A stretch of DNA of 34,585 bases. It comes from Intoshia linei (taxonomy: Eukaryota; Animalia; Orthonectida). Of the stretch, positions 1-11,120 are shown piece by piece. The notes beneath the pieces were generated by a model that searched no databases, had not been told where the DNA came from, and saw nothing but the letters and a program-made list of their open reading frames with translations. Where the stretch lies: NCBI GenBank assembly GCA_001642005.1, contig LWCA01000284.1, forward strand, positions 1 to 34,585, in the 5' to 3' direction. Positions within the stretch are counted from its first letter, which is position 1, and each line of letters starts with the position of its first letter. Position numbers and translations under genes: made by a program.

Positions 1-315
1 TGCTTTTACATTAGCTGCTGCACTGTCAGTTATTATTTGGACGACATTTTCAGATCCTAATTTGTTTATTACAGTCATTATGTTATTTTTTATAAAATGA
101 GCATGTTTTCGTTCTCCACTGATCTGTCTCTGATAAAATATAGTTTCCACATGTGCTGGCATTTTCGTACATTTTCTAACTTGTGTACCTTGAAAATGTA
201 AACGTATTTTTGTGGCTAAAGACACGTTGAATTTAAAATTACAATAATTGCAAGATACTTCTTTAATACTTCCTAAAATGTCATGTAATGGTTGCGACAA
301 GTTTACAAATTTGTA
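1..315 (-). mobile_element. hAT transposase relic: BED-like zinc finger joined in frame to a DUF659-type catalytic segment; runs off the window edge
   Basis: Minus-strand open frame 315->1 reads ...VSCNYCNFKFNVSLATKIRLHFQGTQVRKC (BED-like C-C-H-C) ...KLGSENVVQIITDSAAANVKA, matching the GxENVVQ(V/I)xTDNA motif of DUF659 hAT transposases. A hAT-like terminus CAGGGA begins at 366 on the minus strand. Confidence 0.75.
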
Positions 316-832
316 TTAATTACCTCTAGAAGCCAAAACCTAAACGTGTAACCACTCAATTCCCTGTGTACGAGGCATTTTTAAATATATATAAATTAAA
401 GTTATTTTTATTTTATTTGAACGTTTTTTATCGTTTTTTTCAAAAATCGAATAAAACGAGCATTTTTTTTCAAATTTTAACGTTTTTTTCCATTATGGTT
501 TCAATCAACCAACCACCGTTCAAATTTAAAAACAGTTTTTGCGGTTTTCAATACGTTTTTTAAAAATTATAAATTTGAAATTGATTAATTTTAAATAGAA
601 ATAAATTTAACATTATTTTATGGTATTTTTCTATTATTGATACATTGCTCTTTTGATTTTGTAAATACATTAGTACAGTTGTAATTATTCATATTTACAA
701 AATTGAAATGGTGTTATTCGACGAATTTGAAGATTGTGAAAAAGAGTTTATCAAGAAATGCTTTGAAATTGATAAAATTAAGAAAATACGATAATGTAGA
801 ATGAAAGCTCCAAATTGTCTATACATTTTTAA

Positions 833-916
833 TTTCAAAATAAGAATAATAAACTTCAAAACGAGAATAACAAAGTTCCAAATGAGAATAGTAAACTTCA
901 AAACGAGAATATCAAA
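833..916 (+). repeat. 21-bp tandem repeat, 4 copies, encoding heptads
   Basis: Units tttcaaaataagaataataaa / cttcaaaacgagaataacaaa / gttccaaatgagaatagtaaa / cttcaaaacgagaatatcaaa translate FQNKNNK LQNENNK VPNENSK LQNENIK. Confidence 0.8.
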
Positions 917-967
917 TTCAATTTATCTGTATCAAAAGTTGCGGTTTCCCACTATCTGAACAATCTT

Positions 968-1620
968 TTATACACTCTAAAAACGATACGACATGAACCT
1001 GAAAATGCAAACAATGCCGTAAATAAAAAGAAAAGAAGAAATTTTACTTTAAGGTTACTTGAATTATAATCTGAAAATGCAAATATTATGTTTATGAATG
1101 AAACTAATTTTAATTTACACATTTCAAGAAGGCAAGGTAGATCACAACGCGGTGAGCGTTGTACCTCAATTGCGGCTGGATCAAGGAGTGCCAATATACA
1201 TTGTATTGGCAATGTAGAACTTATCCATTACGAAATTAAAAGAGGAAGTTTCAGAAAGAAAAGTTCACAAGAATGGATCAAAATTGCTTAAGAAAAGCAA
1301 TGGAAAAATACAATAGCCCTGTTGTCGTCGTTATTGATAACGCTTCAGTGCACAGCGATATGGAGAGTATATTACTAATACCAGAATTTTCTGAACATTC
1401 AATTTTAAGGCTTGGACCATAAATCCTATGCTTAACCCAATTGAGACGGTGTGGTCAAGCGTTAAAGCCTAGATAAAGCGATCACTTGCCGTTCGCCTTG
1501 AGGAGGTATTACATAGACAAGAAAATGTATTTATGACTGAATCAAGAGCACGTGCCCTAGAACAGCTAATGAGAGAATCTATGAATTGAATTAGTATATC
1601 TACGTGTGCTAATTGTATGG
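968..1620 (+). mobile_element. Decayed Tc1/IS630-like (DDE_3) transposase pseudogene, reconstructed DD35E
   Basis: Fragments YTLKTIRHEPENAN..., IMFMNETNFNLH (first D mutated to N), VVVVIDNASVH (D at 1336), LRLGP*/PMLNPIETVWSSVK (E at 1443; 1-nt deletion in the PYSP motif). Several stops and frameshifts. Confidence 0.85.
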
Positions 1621-3365
1621 CATGGTGTATACGGTTAAAATTATTATTTTATTGTTTTGTGACACATTTGAAAATAGTGATTATAAAATGTGCTCATATG
1701 TTAGTCCAAAGGCGGCTTATGTTAATCTGCTAATTCACATTTTTAGTGGTATGGATTTACTAATTTCATTGTATATGTTATATATGTCTATGTTATATCA
1801 TTATTCAAGAAGCAAAGTCAAGAATGTAACTTTTTTGAATAAAATCTTTAATTACACTTGTAGACCTTGAATAAAATCTGATTTTAACTTTTCAATTTGC
1901 AGTAAAATGATATATTGCATTATGATCACATGTATTGCCCACGGCCGCACATAAACGCTCTCACGGCTTCACAACGTGCAGCCCTGATCTAAAGCCACTC
2001 CTTGCCACTCTAATATAAAAAGGTAAAAATTAAAATGTTGCATCTTGTTTACAAAAATTTAATATGAAATTAGATGTCGCCAATGAACATTGTTTATTTA
2101 GAGAAGTATACGTTGAGACGTTGAAATTGTAGATGATTGACTATTTCTTCATTTTTCTTTATGTGATACCTTTAAAAATACCTATATATTTATATATGTA
2201 TAATGTAATCACTGTAGCAACGGTAATATTATCTATTTATCGACTATTATATATTGCAAATATTGATTCTGCATATTTACTTAACTATTAAAGAATTTAA
2301 GTGTTATACTTAACGGCAAGATGAATGTAAAGAGTAGTTCATTTAGCAAGCCAATGTTGGGTAATTTTGTAATGGTACCATATTTATATATGATATTTAG
2401 TGAATGAAAAAATCATATGTTATTTCCCAAGTGAAGCTACTTATTACATCTATAACATTGAAATGAAAATGTACATAACAAATTTTAGATTAAGAATAAT
2501 ACCAAAGCATCATCGAATGGTTAAATATTTTTAAATGATGTTTTTTAATTTAATTTATTCTACTTTAATAGTAAGTTACCGTCAATAAATTGTTACTTAG
2601 GCAAAGTCCCACCCTGCATAGGCGTCTAAACACATTTAACGTCTTTGAAAATTATTGAAAAACACTAAACTATAAAATATGATTAAACCTTCATTTTAAT
2701 GATATTTTTAGGAAGAATCTCCTCTATTAAATTCATATTTGAATTACTATGATATCCCTCTTATCAATATTTATGATATTAGAAAAAGTAAGTTGTTTAT
2801 GTTTGGGATTATTATACAGACAAATTTTGATCATTTTAATATGGTTAACATCAGTTATCAGTACATCACCATTAACGAGTACAATGAGATAAATACTATT
2901 GAGTAATTAATACAAATATTTATCCAATTAAAAAAAATGGCATTATTAATGTTTTCAATTGACTCATTTTTCCATAGGCGTTTATTTAAAATGCTATTCG
3001 ACTAAAAATTCCTTATAAGTATTATTATACACTTCATATACACTGCGTTCTAAGTTATTATGCAAACATTAAAAACATTAATCAATGAAATACGAGTTAT
3101 TAAATTTGATTAATTTTTAATTAATTAATCATATTTATATATTCGACTAATATTATTGTATCACCCAAGAAAAATGTAATGTATTTTAATTTTTTCAGTT
3201 ATTAACAGTTATTAATTATTTTTTTTATAGTTTATAATTCTAAAAATAAAACAAAATTACTTCAAACGTCCAAATTAAAAAAGGGTGAAAGATGCATTTC
3301 AATTCTAACTTCAGTAATTACAAATATTTTAATTTTATTTATAATGTTCCTCCCATTATCTACAC

Positions 3366-3414
3366 CAGTGACCACCAAAAGTTTTGACATGGGGCCGTAG
3401 TTTGGTGGCCACCG
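3366..3414. mobile_element. 49-bp hAT-type micro-MITE with 14-bp TIRs and a perfect 8-bp TSD
   Basis: TSD atctacac at 3358-3365 and 3415-3422. Left TIR cagtgaccaccaaa matches the reverse complement of the right end (cggtggccaccaaa) at 12/14. Confidence 0.8.
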
Positions 3415-5504
3415 ATCTACACCATGGGTTCTTAACCTAATCCACTTGGCACCTCAAAAAAATATAATAAACTTAAATTTCTAGCTGAAATGGCTAAAAA
3501 TGATTTTTAATTTGAATTAAAAAACACTTTTTAAAAAATAAAAAACAATTTTTTTGTACGATTTATCAATATCATTTATTTTAGTATCGTTTAATATTTA
3601 CCGATTTCATTTTTTTGGATAAATGCTTAAAATTAAAAAGACATCCACGTGCAAACTGTATTTTTCTGGTAAAAAAAGTGGACACCCTAAAAAATTTGAA
3701 ACCAAATGGAGGAACATTTTTAATGGATATCTATATAAATAAATTTTTCATCCCATTTTAGCACATGAGAAATATTGAGATACGCATATTGATACCAAGA
3801 AACAGAGTTGGAATAGCGGTATATTATAGTATATATGTATATGTACAGTAGGTACACTGTACCTGGTACAGATTAAGAGGATCACATTTTGAAAAAGATG
3901 GTAGCTTTTACCAACTAGTCCATGTGGTTTTTAGGTTCTTTAATAGGTATAACCATATACAATATAATAATTAAATATGTTTTATGATGTAACCATTTTA
4001 TTAATTTAAAATGTTTATTTATGTATAATTAAAAATGATGTAACTAAATAAATGTTTATATTATCAGAAGCGACAAAATTATTATGAACGAAATGAAAAT
4101 TTTGAAAAAAAATATTTTTTTCTTTAAAATTTTTAAAAAGGTCCGCTTAATCTGTCGCTACAAGTATAAGTCAATATATTGATTTTATCAATTTAATGAT
4201 ATCTAATAATTAATTTAGATAAAAATAATTTTTACAGATATATCAGCCATCGTAGCAAAAGGTTGTTATACAGCAATGATTTATGGAAACGGTAAATTGT
4301 GCTTTATTTCCAAAAAAATAAGTAGCTAGGTCTGCAGGGACTTTTCCTTATTTTTACCGACAGATTCAATGTAACCAGAAAATGGTTATAAAACAACAAA
4401 TTTTCATTATGCTATTCTAGAAAAATATACATTTATCATGTTTTTTCAGTCTACGGTTTTCATGACAGTGAATGTCAATGTTTTAGTCTGGGTAAAAATT
4501 GATTTGTTGTGACTGAGTTTTCTAAAAAATATAAATGTGCTTTTTTCAGCATGAAATGTAGGATAAATTTATGACAGTGCTTGAGCCTTGAAAAACTGTC
4601 TTAAACTGAAATATACATATCGTGAATGTGGCATTGTACAATGTAAATTGTAATGTAATCATTGTACAGTATGACATATTAATAATAATAATTTGACATT
4701 TTGTCAAAATATCGTGTGTGTAAAATATCGAGAATAATTTGTATTGTGATTTATCTTTAATTGACGTCATTTATATAATTAATTTACAACCTTTAGAGCA
4801 GACTCAACCAGCTTTAAACTATAATATGAATTTTTATAAAAATATTCAAAAAGGGCGCAAAATCACCTATGAAAAGTGAGTATAATAAATGTAAAAATAA
4901 TATATTAAGTATATACGAAGAAAAATACTTGACCTGTCTCAATGCCGATTCCAGTTTATCTAGAACCAACTATAAAAAGACTACAAATGATGATTTATTT
5001 CCAGTAATATATGCATATAAATATTAATACCTATTACCTGGTAATATCAGGCTGGTTAATGAATACTGCAGTATACTATGTCACTAGCTCAGTGTTTTTC
5101 ACATTCTTTTGGCTTTTGACGCACAATAATAAATTAAATTTATACATATGTTAAATTAAAAAATGTCTTGATATTACAAAAAGGTTATAATCTGAGGTGT
5201 ATTACGGTCCGTAAACGCCTGTATCGTACAGTTAGTCCATTAATTAAAAAATTAAGTTTTTATTGAATTTATTGATGGTTAATTTTCATTGTAGAAAGTA
5301 GCTAGAAATTAATTAGAAAATAGATTCATGTTATTGCCTACAAAACGGGTTTTCATTCTCACGCCCAATGAAATTTAAGTTATATGCAAAAAAATTTCTT
5401 ATTACTATCAAATTTATTGTAATGTAGATTATAAACTCTTCAAACCAAAATTATCTTTAATATCTTTTAAAAAATTATGTGAAAAAAAAAATTTCCCCTT
5501 AAAG

Positions 5505-6351
5505 CAGCGATCCCGATTAGGGGTCCTTGAACCACTTGGATGTCAAAAATATATGTCTGGGGTCCGTGAAATTCAAATAAAATATAGAATAACTAAAGTT
5601 GATCAACTTTTGTTTATTTTTATAGGAGAATTTTAATATTTATTACAGAGTTGCCAAATTTTGGAGAATTTATATCAAAGCATAGACGACTGCCACATTA
5701 TTATTTAAAAAATCACACTTTTATGTCACCATTAATAAAATTTAATAAAAAATACTATTTCAAACCCTCAGGGAAAAATCTACTTTTACTGATATATTTT
5801 TATAAAATGCACTTATTCCAACCCCAAAATAAAAATTTAATTTTACCAACGATAAAGGGAAATATCCTCTTTTTCCAGTATTTTTTTTATAAAATCCGAT
5901 TTTATCAAATCTTATGAGCCACAATTCTTAATCCAAAATAAAAAATCCCATTTTTCCAATATTTTTTTGAAAAACACGATTTTACCATATCTTATAAGAA
6001 AAAACCTCGTATTCCACTCCCAAAATATAAAAATCCAATTTTATCAACGATAAAGAGAAATATTCTTTTTTTGGCAAAATATAACTTTTAAAAAGCCGAT
6101 TTTATCAAATCTTATGAACAACAAATTCCTAATGCAAAACCGAAAATAAAAAATTCTGTTTCCAATATTTTTTTGATAAATCTAATTTAACCATCCATTA
6201 TAAAAAAAATCCCTATTATCAAATATTTACTGGAAAACAAGATTTTACCAAATCTTATGAGAAAAAACCTTTAATTTTTTTTACATTGAGGTCCAAAAAA
6301 ATAAATATTTTGAAATATGGGTGCGTACACTATTTGAATCGGGAATCATTG
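5505..6351 (+). mobile_element. Non-autonomous hAT (Buster/Charlie-like) element with internal degenerate tandem repeats
   Basis: Left end cagcgatcccgatt; right end aatcgggaatcattg (reverse complement caatgattcccgatt). TSD ccttaaag (5497-5504) / ccttgaag (6352-6359), 7/8. Internal repeats of the type aaaatccgattttatcaaatcttatga. A homologous inverted copy lies at 16285-16722. Confidence 0.8.
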
Positions 6352-6510
6352 CCTTGAAGAATAAATTTCTAAATAAACATAAATTTGGTAAAAAAATAAA
6401 TAATATGATTAATTAGCAAAATCGATGATTATGTAGCTTTAAGACAATGTTTTTCAAACGTGGAATCGCGTAAATTTGAAAATTTTATGCATTACATTTT
6501 ATATTTTTTA

Positions 6511-7353
6511 CTAGGTTGATTGTTATGTACTACGTACAAACAGGACATAGCTCTGCCGAAGGCACATTTTTATTCTACTTAAAAAATAAATTCACGTTGA
6601 AAATCTAACTTAAAAATCCTACTATTCACTATTGTCAATCATTTAAAGGAGTGGTTCCCAAACTTGTTCAGGTGGAATCATCATATCACATTTACTTTAA
6701 AGAGACTTATTCCATCTTTATTTTTTGTGTGTTAACATTTGCGTAAAAAATTTTAAAAACGATTGTTATCCCATTTTTTTAATTTATTAGACAGAACGGT
6801 TTAATTTAACATAGAAAACATTTCGAAAAAAAATATATGAATACTAAAATGCTTTTTTGACCGTGAACTCGTCACTTATTCGGATTGAAATTTCTGTGTG
6901 TGTTAANAAATGCTTTTTTGACCGTGAAGTCGTCACTTATTCGGATTGAAATTTTTTGTGTGTATTAACAGGATACATCTGTACCATCTGTAATTTTTTT
7001 TAAATTTTAGGGGTGTTTTCATTAAAAAAAGAAGGGTAATTTGGGGTTTTGGCCCTGAAGATATAATTTTTTTAAATTTAAATATATGATAATGTTGATG
7101 ATTTTAAAATTTGTATCAGCGTATATATTTTTTTAAATTCTCCAACTCGTTTGATTTTAAAAAAGAGGGACGATTGGGGTTTTTGACACGTAAGATGTGA
7201 GTTTGGAAGGTTGAAATTTATCTTATTATACGTCCCGGCAAAAACTGTAATTGAAATGTGGTCTTTATAAAATTCTAAGACGGGTAGTTATGTAAATAAA
7301 GTGTAACACACACAGACAAACAAAAATCGCGTAGCATATTATATAAGTTAGGA
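6511..7353 (-). mobile_element. Non-autonomous Helitron, copy A (crosses scaffold N at 6907)
   Basis: Minus strand A|TCCTAACTTATATAATATGCTACGCG...CAACCTAG|T gives canonical 5'-TC, CTAG-3' and an A-T target. Hairpins tgtac-tac-gtaca and tgcc-gaa-ggca lie near the 3' end and a CA/ACAG microsatellite near the 5' end. At least 6 homologous copies in the window. Confidence 0.8.
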
Positions 7354-7449
7354 TGTATTTATTATCATCAAAAAATAATTGTATTTCAGTCACATTAGGA
7401 GATTTTAATTATTATGTTTTTAATATCATACATAATACAATCTGAATAG

Positions 7450-8966
7450 AAAAAAGTTGGTCATGATATCACAAATTGTTGGAATTAGTAAAGCTTTTAT
7501 ACAGTACTTGTCCTATTTATTGAATCTTACCTCATTTTTGCCTATAGGGAGATTAATAATGGGATGGAATATGGGTAATTTTATATATAAATTTAAAATT
7601 TAGCGCAATTAAGATGTGGGAGCTCAACTATCAGTGATGTATATTGCGAAATCTGTCCATTTCAATTTAGAGGATCTCTAGCCACATTTCATCAAATAAC
7701 AATAAATACAGGCATTACAATCGGTTCTACCTATGGGATTAATTTTATTTTATGTAATACATTTGTATATAATGTATTTGTAGCTATTTTCACACATATT
7801 CATAATTTTTTAATCATAAACTATCTTTAATCATTTTTTTTAAATTCTCGGTTTCTTAATTTTTTAATAAACTGGCAACACAGTGTGTTGAACACACGGA
7901 TTCCCTTTTGTTTTTAAATAAATGTATAATATGTAGTATAATATAGGAACGACAGAAAAATGGTCGTATGTACGATACGTATGTGTCGAAAGGTCAAATT
8001 CAAATTCGAAACATTTAAAAATAAACAATTTTATATTCCTCTTTTAATGGCTATTGGTATGTATTACATTCAACAACTCTGTGGAATAAATATGGTTTTG
8101 GCTAAATCAGTCATCTTTAACGTTTTAATTTAGATATTTTTTTATTCTTACGCAATGTACAAAAATATTTTTCCAAATGAAAACTATGTCCCATACGCTG
8201 TCATTGTAACAAATTTTGTTTCCGCTATAAGCGTTTTGCCTACCGTAATTTATTAATAATATATATATTATAATAATAAATATTAATTAATAATAGATAT
8301 ACATCATTTTATCATTTTATTAGTAAAGTATGTATTTAGGTTTTCTTGATTGACAAGGTTGGAAGACGACCTTTAATAATATATTCAACAATATGCATGA
8401 TTATATCAATGATCACTGTGGTTGTATTAAATGCTTACATGGTTCCTTCGAATACGGTTCATTATTTGGTAAAAATTTTAACCATTGTAGGACAAAAGCA
8501 ATATAATATTAGCAATTCTGGCCTCTATTCATTATACTGTATGTAATTTTCTACGAATTTGGACTTGGTAAAATTAGTTTGATTTACAATAAAACTCAAT
8601 TTAGGACCTTTACCGTTCATATATTCAAGTGAACTTTTCAGACAAGATACGCGCGCATTAGCTTCAAGTATATCGGGGTTATTTAGTTGGATTTTTACTC
8701 TTTTGGTCAGTTTAATTGTTCCAGTATTACAATTATGAAACTTTATTAATATATAGATATACATATTTCTATTATAGGAAAAATTGAAACATTACATATT
8801 TACAATATTTATAGCTAATTGTATCATATTTTTAATTCCATTCTATTTCTATTTCCCTGAAACTAAAAACAAATCTTTTGATGATATTTACAAGTTATTT
8901 TCTTTTGAAAACTTGCAAACTTCAAATTATTCTGATCAATCTGAAAATGAACATGTAAATAATTAA
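7450..8966 (+). pseudogene. GLUT/SLC2-family (MFS sugar porter) transporter, 5'-truncated and multiply disrupted; probable pseudogene
   Basis: Exons about 7450-7574, 7604 or 7614-7753, 7947-8094, 8134-8244, 8340-8468, 8513-8567, 8605-~8732, 8778-8966. Motifs RKK..GRLIMG, EICPFQFRGSLATFHQ, QQLCGINM|IFFYS, IDKVGRRPL, YEFGLG|PLPFIYSSELF, FPETKNKSFDDI. Lesions: TGA formed across the 7753/7947 junction, no TM6/PESP region, donor reads TT at 8733, probable 1-nt deletion near 7645. Confidence 0.85.
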
Positions 8967-9616
8967 ATTTTATTTTTTAATGTTTTGTATAATTTATTTA
9001 TTTTTCCTTTTATTCAGCGTCTATTCTGCCATTTTGACGTCACATTTGAGGTATATCATGATTCATGAATTATAATAATAAAAAAAATTATACATGATCT
9101 CACTTTAGCTGTCAATATTTTTGTTGAAATATGTAATCTATTAATAACGAATGTATTGATGTAATATGATTAAAATTATTAGTTTCAGTAAGATGATATG
9201 CGAAATTTTATACATAATAAAACCTATATTTTAATAAAGTGCATACTTGTCGTATTTGATAACTAATCATAAATAAATAGGAAACGATAAATAAGACTCA
9301 GTTTTCTCATGTAAAAAAATATTATGATCATTTTTGACAAATTGTCAATAGGGAATATTTTTTTTATCAAAACTTAAAAATAGTTTTTTGAACATTTTTT
9401 TAACCAAGACCTTAATGGCAATGTTCACATTATTCTTTACCAAACTTGAGGGGGAATTTTCATATTATTTTTTATGTATTAAAGGTTTGATACTTCAAGC
9501 TCTGTAACATCTAATATACAGTGTTATATCGTTAATCCTTGGTCAAAAAAAATTGTAGTGTTGACCATGCCGATGGGATTAAGTGGATATTGCTTTATTT
9601 TTTTAATTATAGGATA

Positions 9617-10001
9617 CTAGTTTGACTGTTATGTACTATGTACAAACAGCACATAGCTCTGCCAAAGGCACATTCTTATTATACCAAAAAAATAAATTCA
9701 TGTTGAAAATCTAACTTAAAAATCCTACCATTCACTATTATCAGTCCTTTAATTGATTGATTACTAAAATGCTTTTTTGACCGTGAAGTCGTCACTTATT
9801 TGGATTGAAATTTTTTATGTGTGTTAACAGGATACAACTGTACCACTTGTAAATTTTTTGAAATTCTAGGGCTGTTTTCATTAAAAAAGAAGGGTAATTT
9901 GTGGTTTTGGCCTTGAAGAGATAATTTTTTTAAATTTAAATTTATGATAATGTTTATGATTTTAAAATCCGTATCAGCGTATATATTTTTTTAAATTCTC
10001 C
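9617..10001 (-). mobile_element. Helitron copy B (3' part, cut by N at 10002)
   Basis: Plus strand ctagtttgactgttatgtactatgtacaaacagcacatagctctgccaaaggcac... is collinear with copy A. Confidence 0.8.
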
Positions 10002-10239
10002 NATATTCATTAAATATCAGTTCATATTAAAATACAAAATTATCATAATGAAAATTGTATATAAATACATTTTATTCTTATTAATTAATGTTTTATTCGA
10101 GTTTAGTATAATTTTGATTGATTAAAATTTAAATTACAATTAATTAAGTAATTAATTAATAATAAATAATACGATTCGTCAGTGAAATATAACATATACG
10201 TAACTACAACATTTATAACACGCACATTAAAACATTATC

Positions 10240-10268
10240 ATTTTTATGTCAATGTCGCAATGGGTTAA
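10240..10268 (-). mobile_element. Possible piggyBac-type terminus
   Basis: Ends ...gtcaatgtcgcaatGGG|TTAA (reverse complement TTAA|CCCATTGCGAC). No partner end was found; it may lie beyond the N gap. Confidence 0.3.
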
Positions 10269-10659
10269 TAATAAGAATATTTCAATGAAAAGTATTTCAA
10301 TAAAAGTTACTTTTTTTATATAGTAACGCTATGAAATAAAATTATGTGTTTTAGTATATGGAATGTTTATATGAAATTTCAATAAAAAGTATTTTAGTAT
10401 ATAGAGCTTCTACTGTACTTTAATTAAACTTACCAGCTTTTTGATGGGATAATGGTCATAGCATAATTTAAAATAGTTTGACATCTCTGGTCTAGAGTCT
10501 ATACTTTAATTATAGACGCCCAACTGTCGCTTATATTACTCAAGATATACTTTATTTTTATCAAAGTTACATACATATACAATATAAATATATATATGTA
10601 CAATACAAACAGCTAAGTATAATTTGAGTAGACAGTGTACTATACAATGTGTAGTCTAC

Positions 10660-11120
10660 GTATATTTTATATTTCTGGGTTGAAATTTTGTATTTATATC
10701 AACTGAAATAAGCTGTAGAATAATCTTTTTTTTCAATTATAGAACCATTAATTATTTCAAATTTTTTGTTTTAATAGAATAGTTTCAAAATAAAAAAATG
10801 AATATTAAAGTATATTTTTATTATATTATTAATATTTTTTGTTCATGAAGTCGTCAGTTAATCAGATTGAAATATTTAAAAAATTGAAATTTAAATAGAT
10901 ATAGCCGTATGAATTTTAAGTTTTTTTAAAATTCTAGGACTATTTTTATTTTTTAAAACAAAGCGTAATCTGGGATTTGACTATGAAGCTGTGCGTTTCT
11001 GAGGTTGAGATTTACGACAATTTTAATGATTTTAAAACGCGTCCCAGAATTTATGTTTTATTCAATTCTTAGGCTGATTTTATCTTTAAACCTAAGGGAA
11101 AATTAGGTTTTAACCATGAG
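10660..11120 (-). repeat. Older degenerate internal fragment of the Helitron family
   Basis: gttgaaattttgtatttatatcaactg..., catgaagtcgtcagttaatcagattgaaat and aattctaggac match internal segments of copies D and E. Confidence 0.6.

Noticed and set aside
1620-1986. ORF 1613-1870 and a possible hAT C-terminal relic (minus AFGLTY..SLFS; CAGGGCTGCAC end at 1986)
   Set aside because: The ORF has no recognisable motif and the hAT similarity is too degraded to call.
5750-6270. Regularly recurring motifs resembling a CRISPR array
   Set aside because: These are degenerate internal repeats of a hAT element with TIRs and TSD. There are no identical repeats with unique spacers, no cas genes, and the context is eukaryotic.
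6848-6968. Apparent ~60-bp tandem duplication
   Set aside because: The copies sit either side of the N at 6907, typical of unmerged contig ends in a repeat. Copy A may be chimeric.
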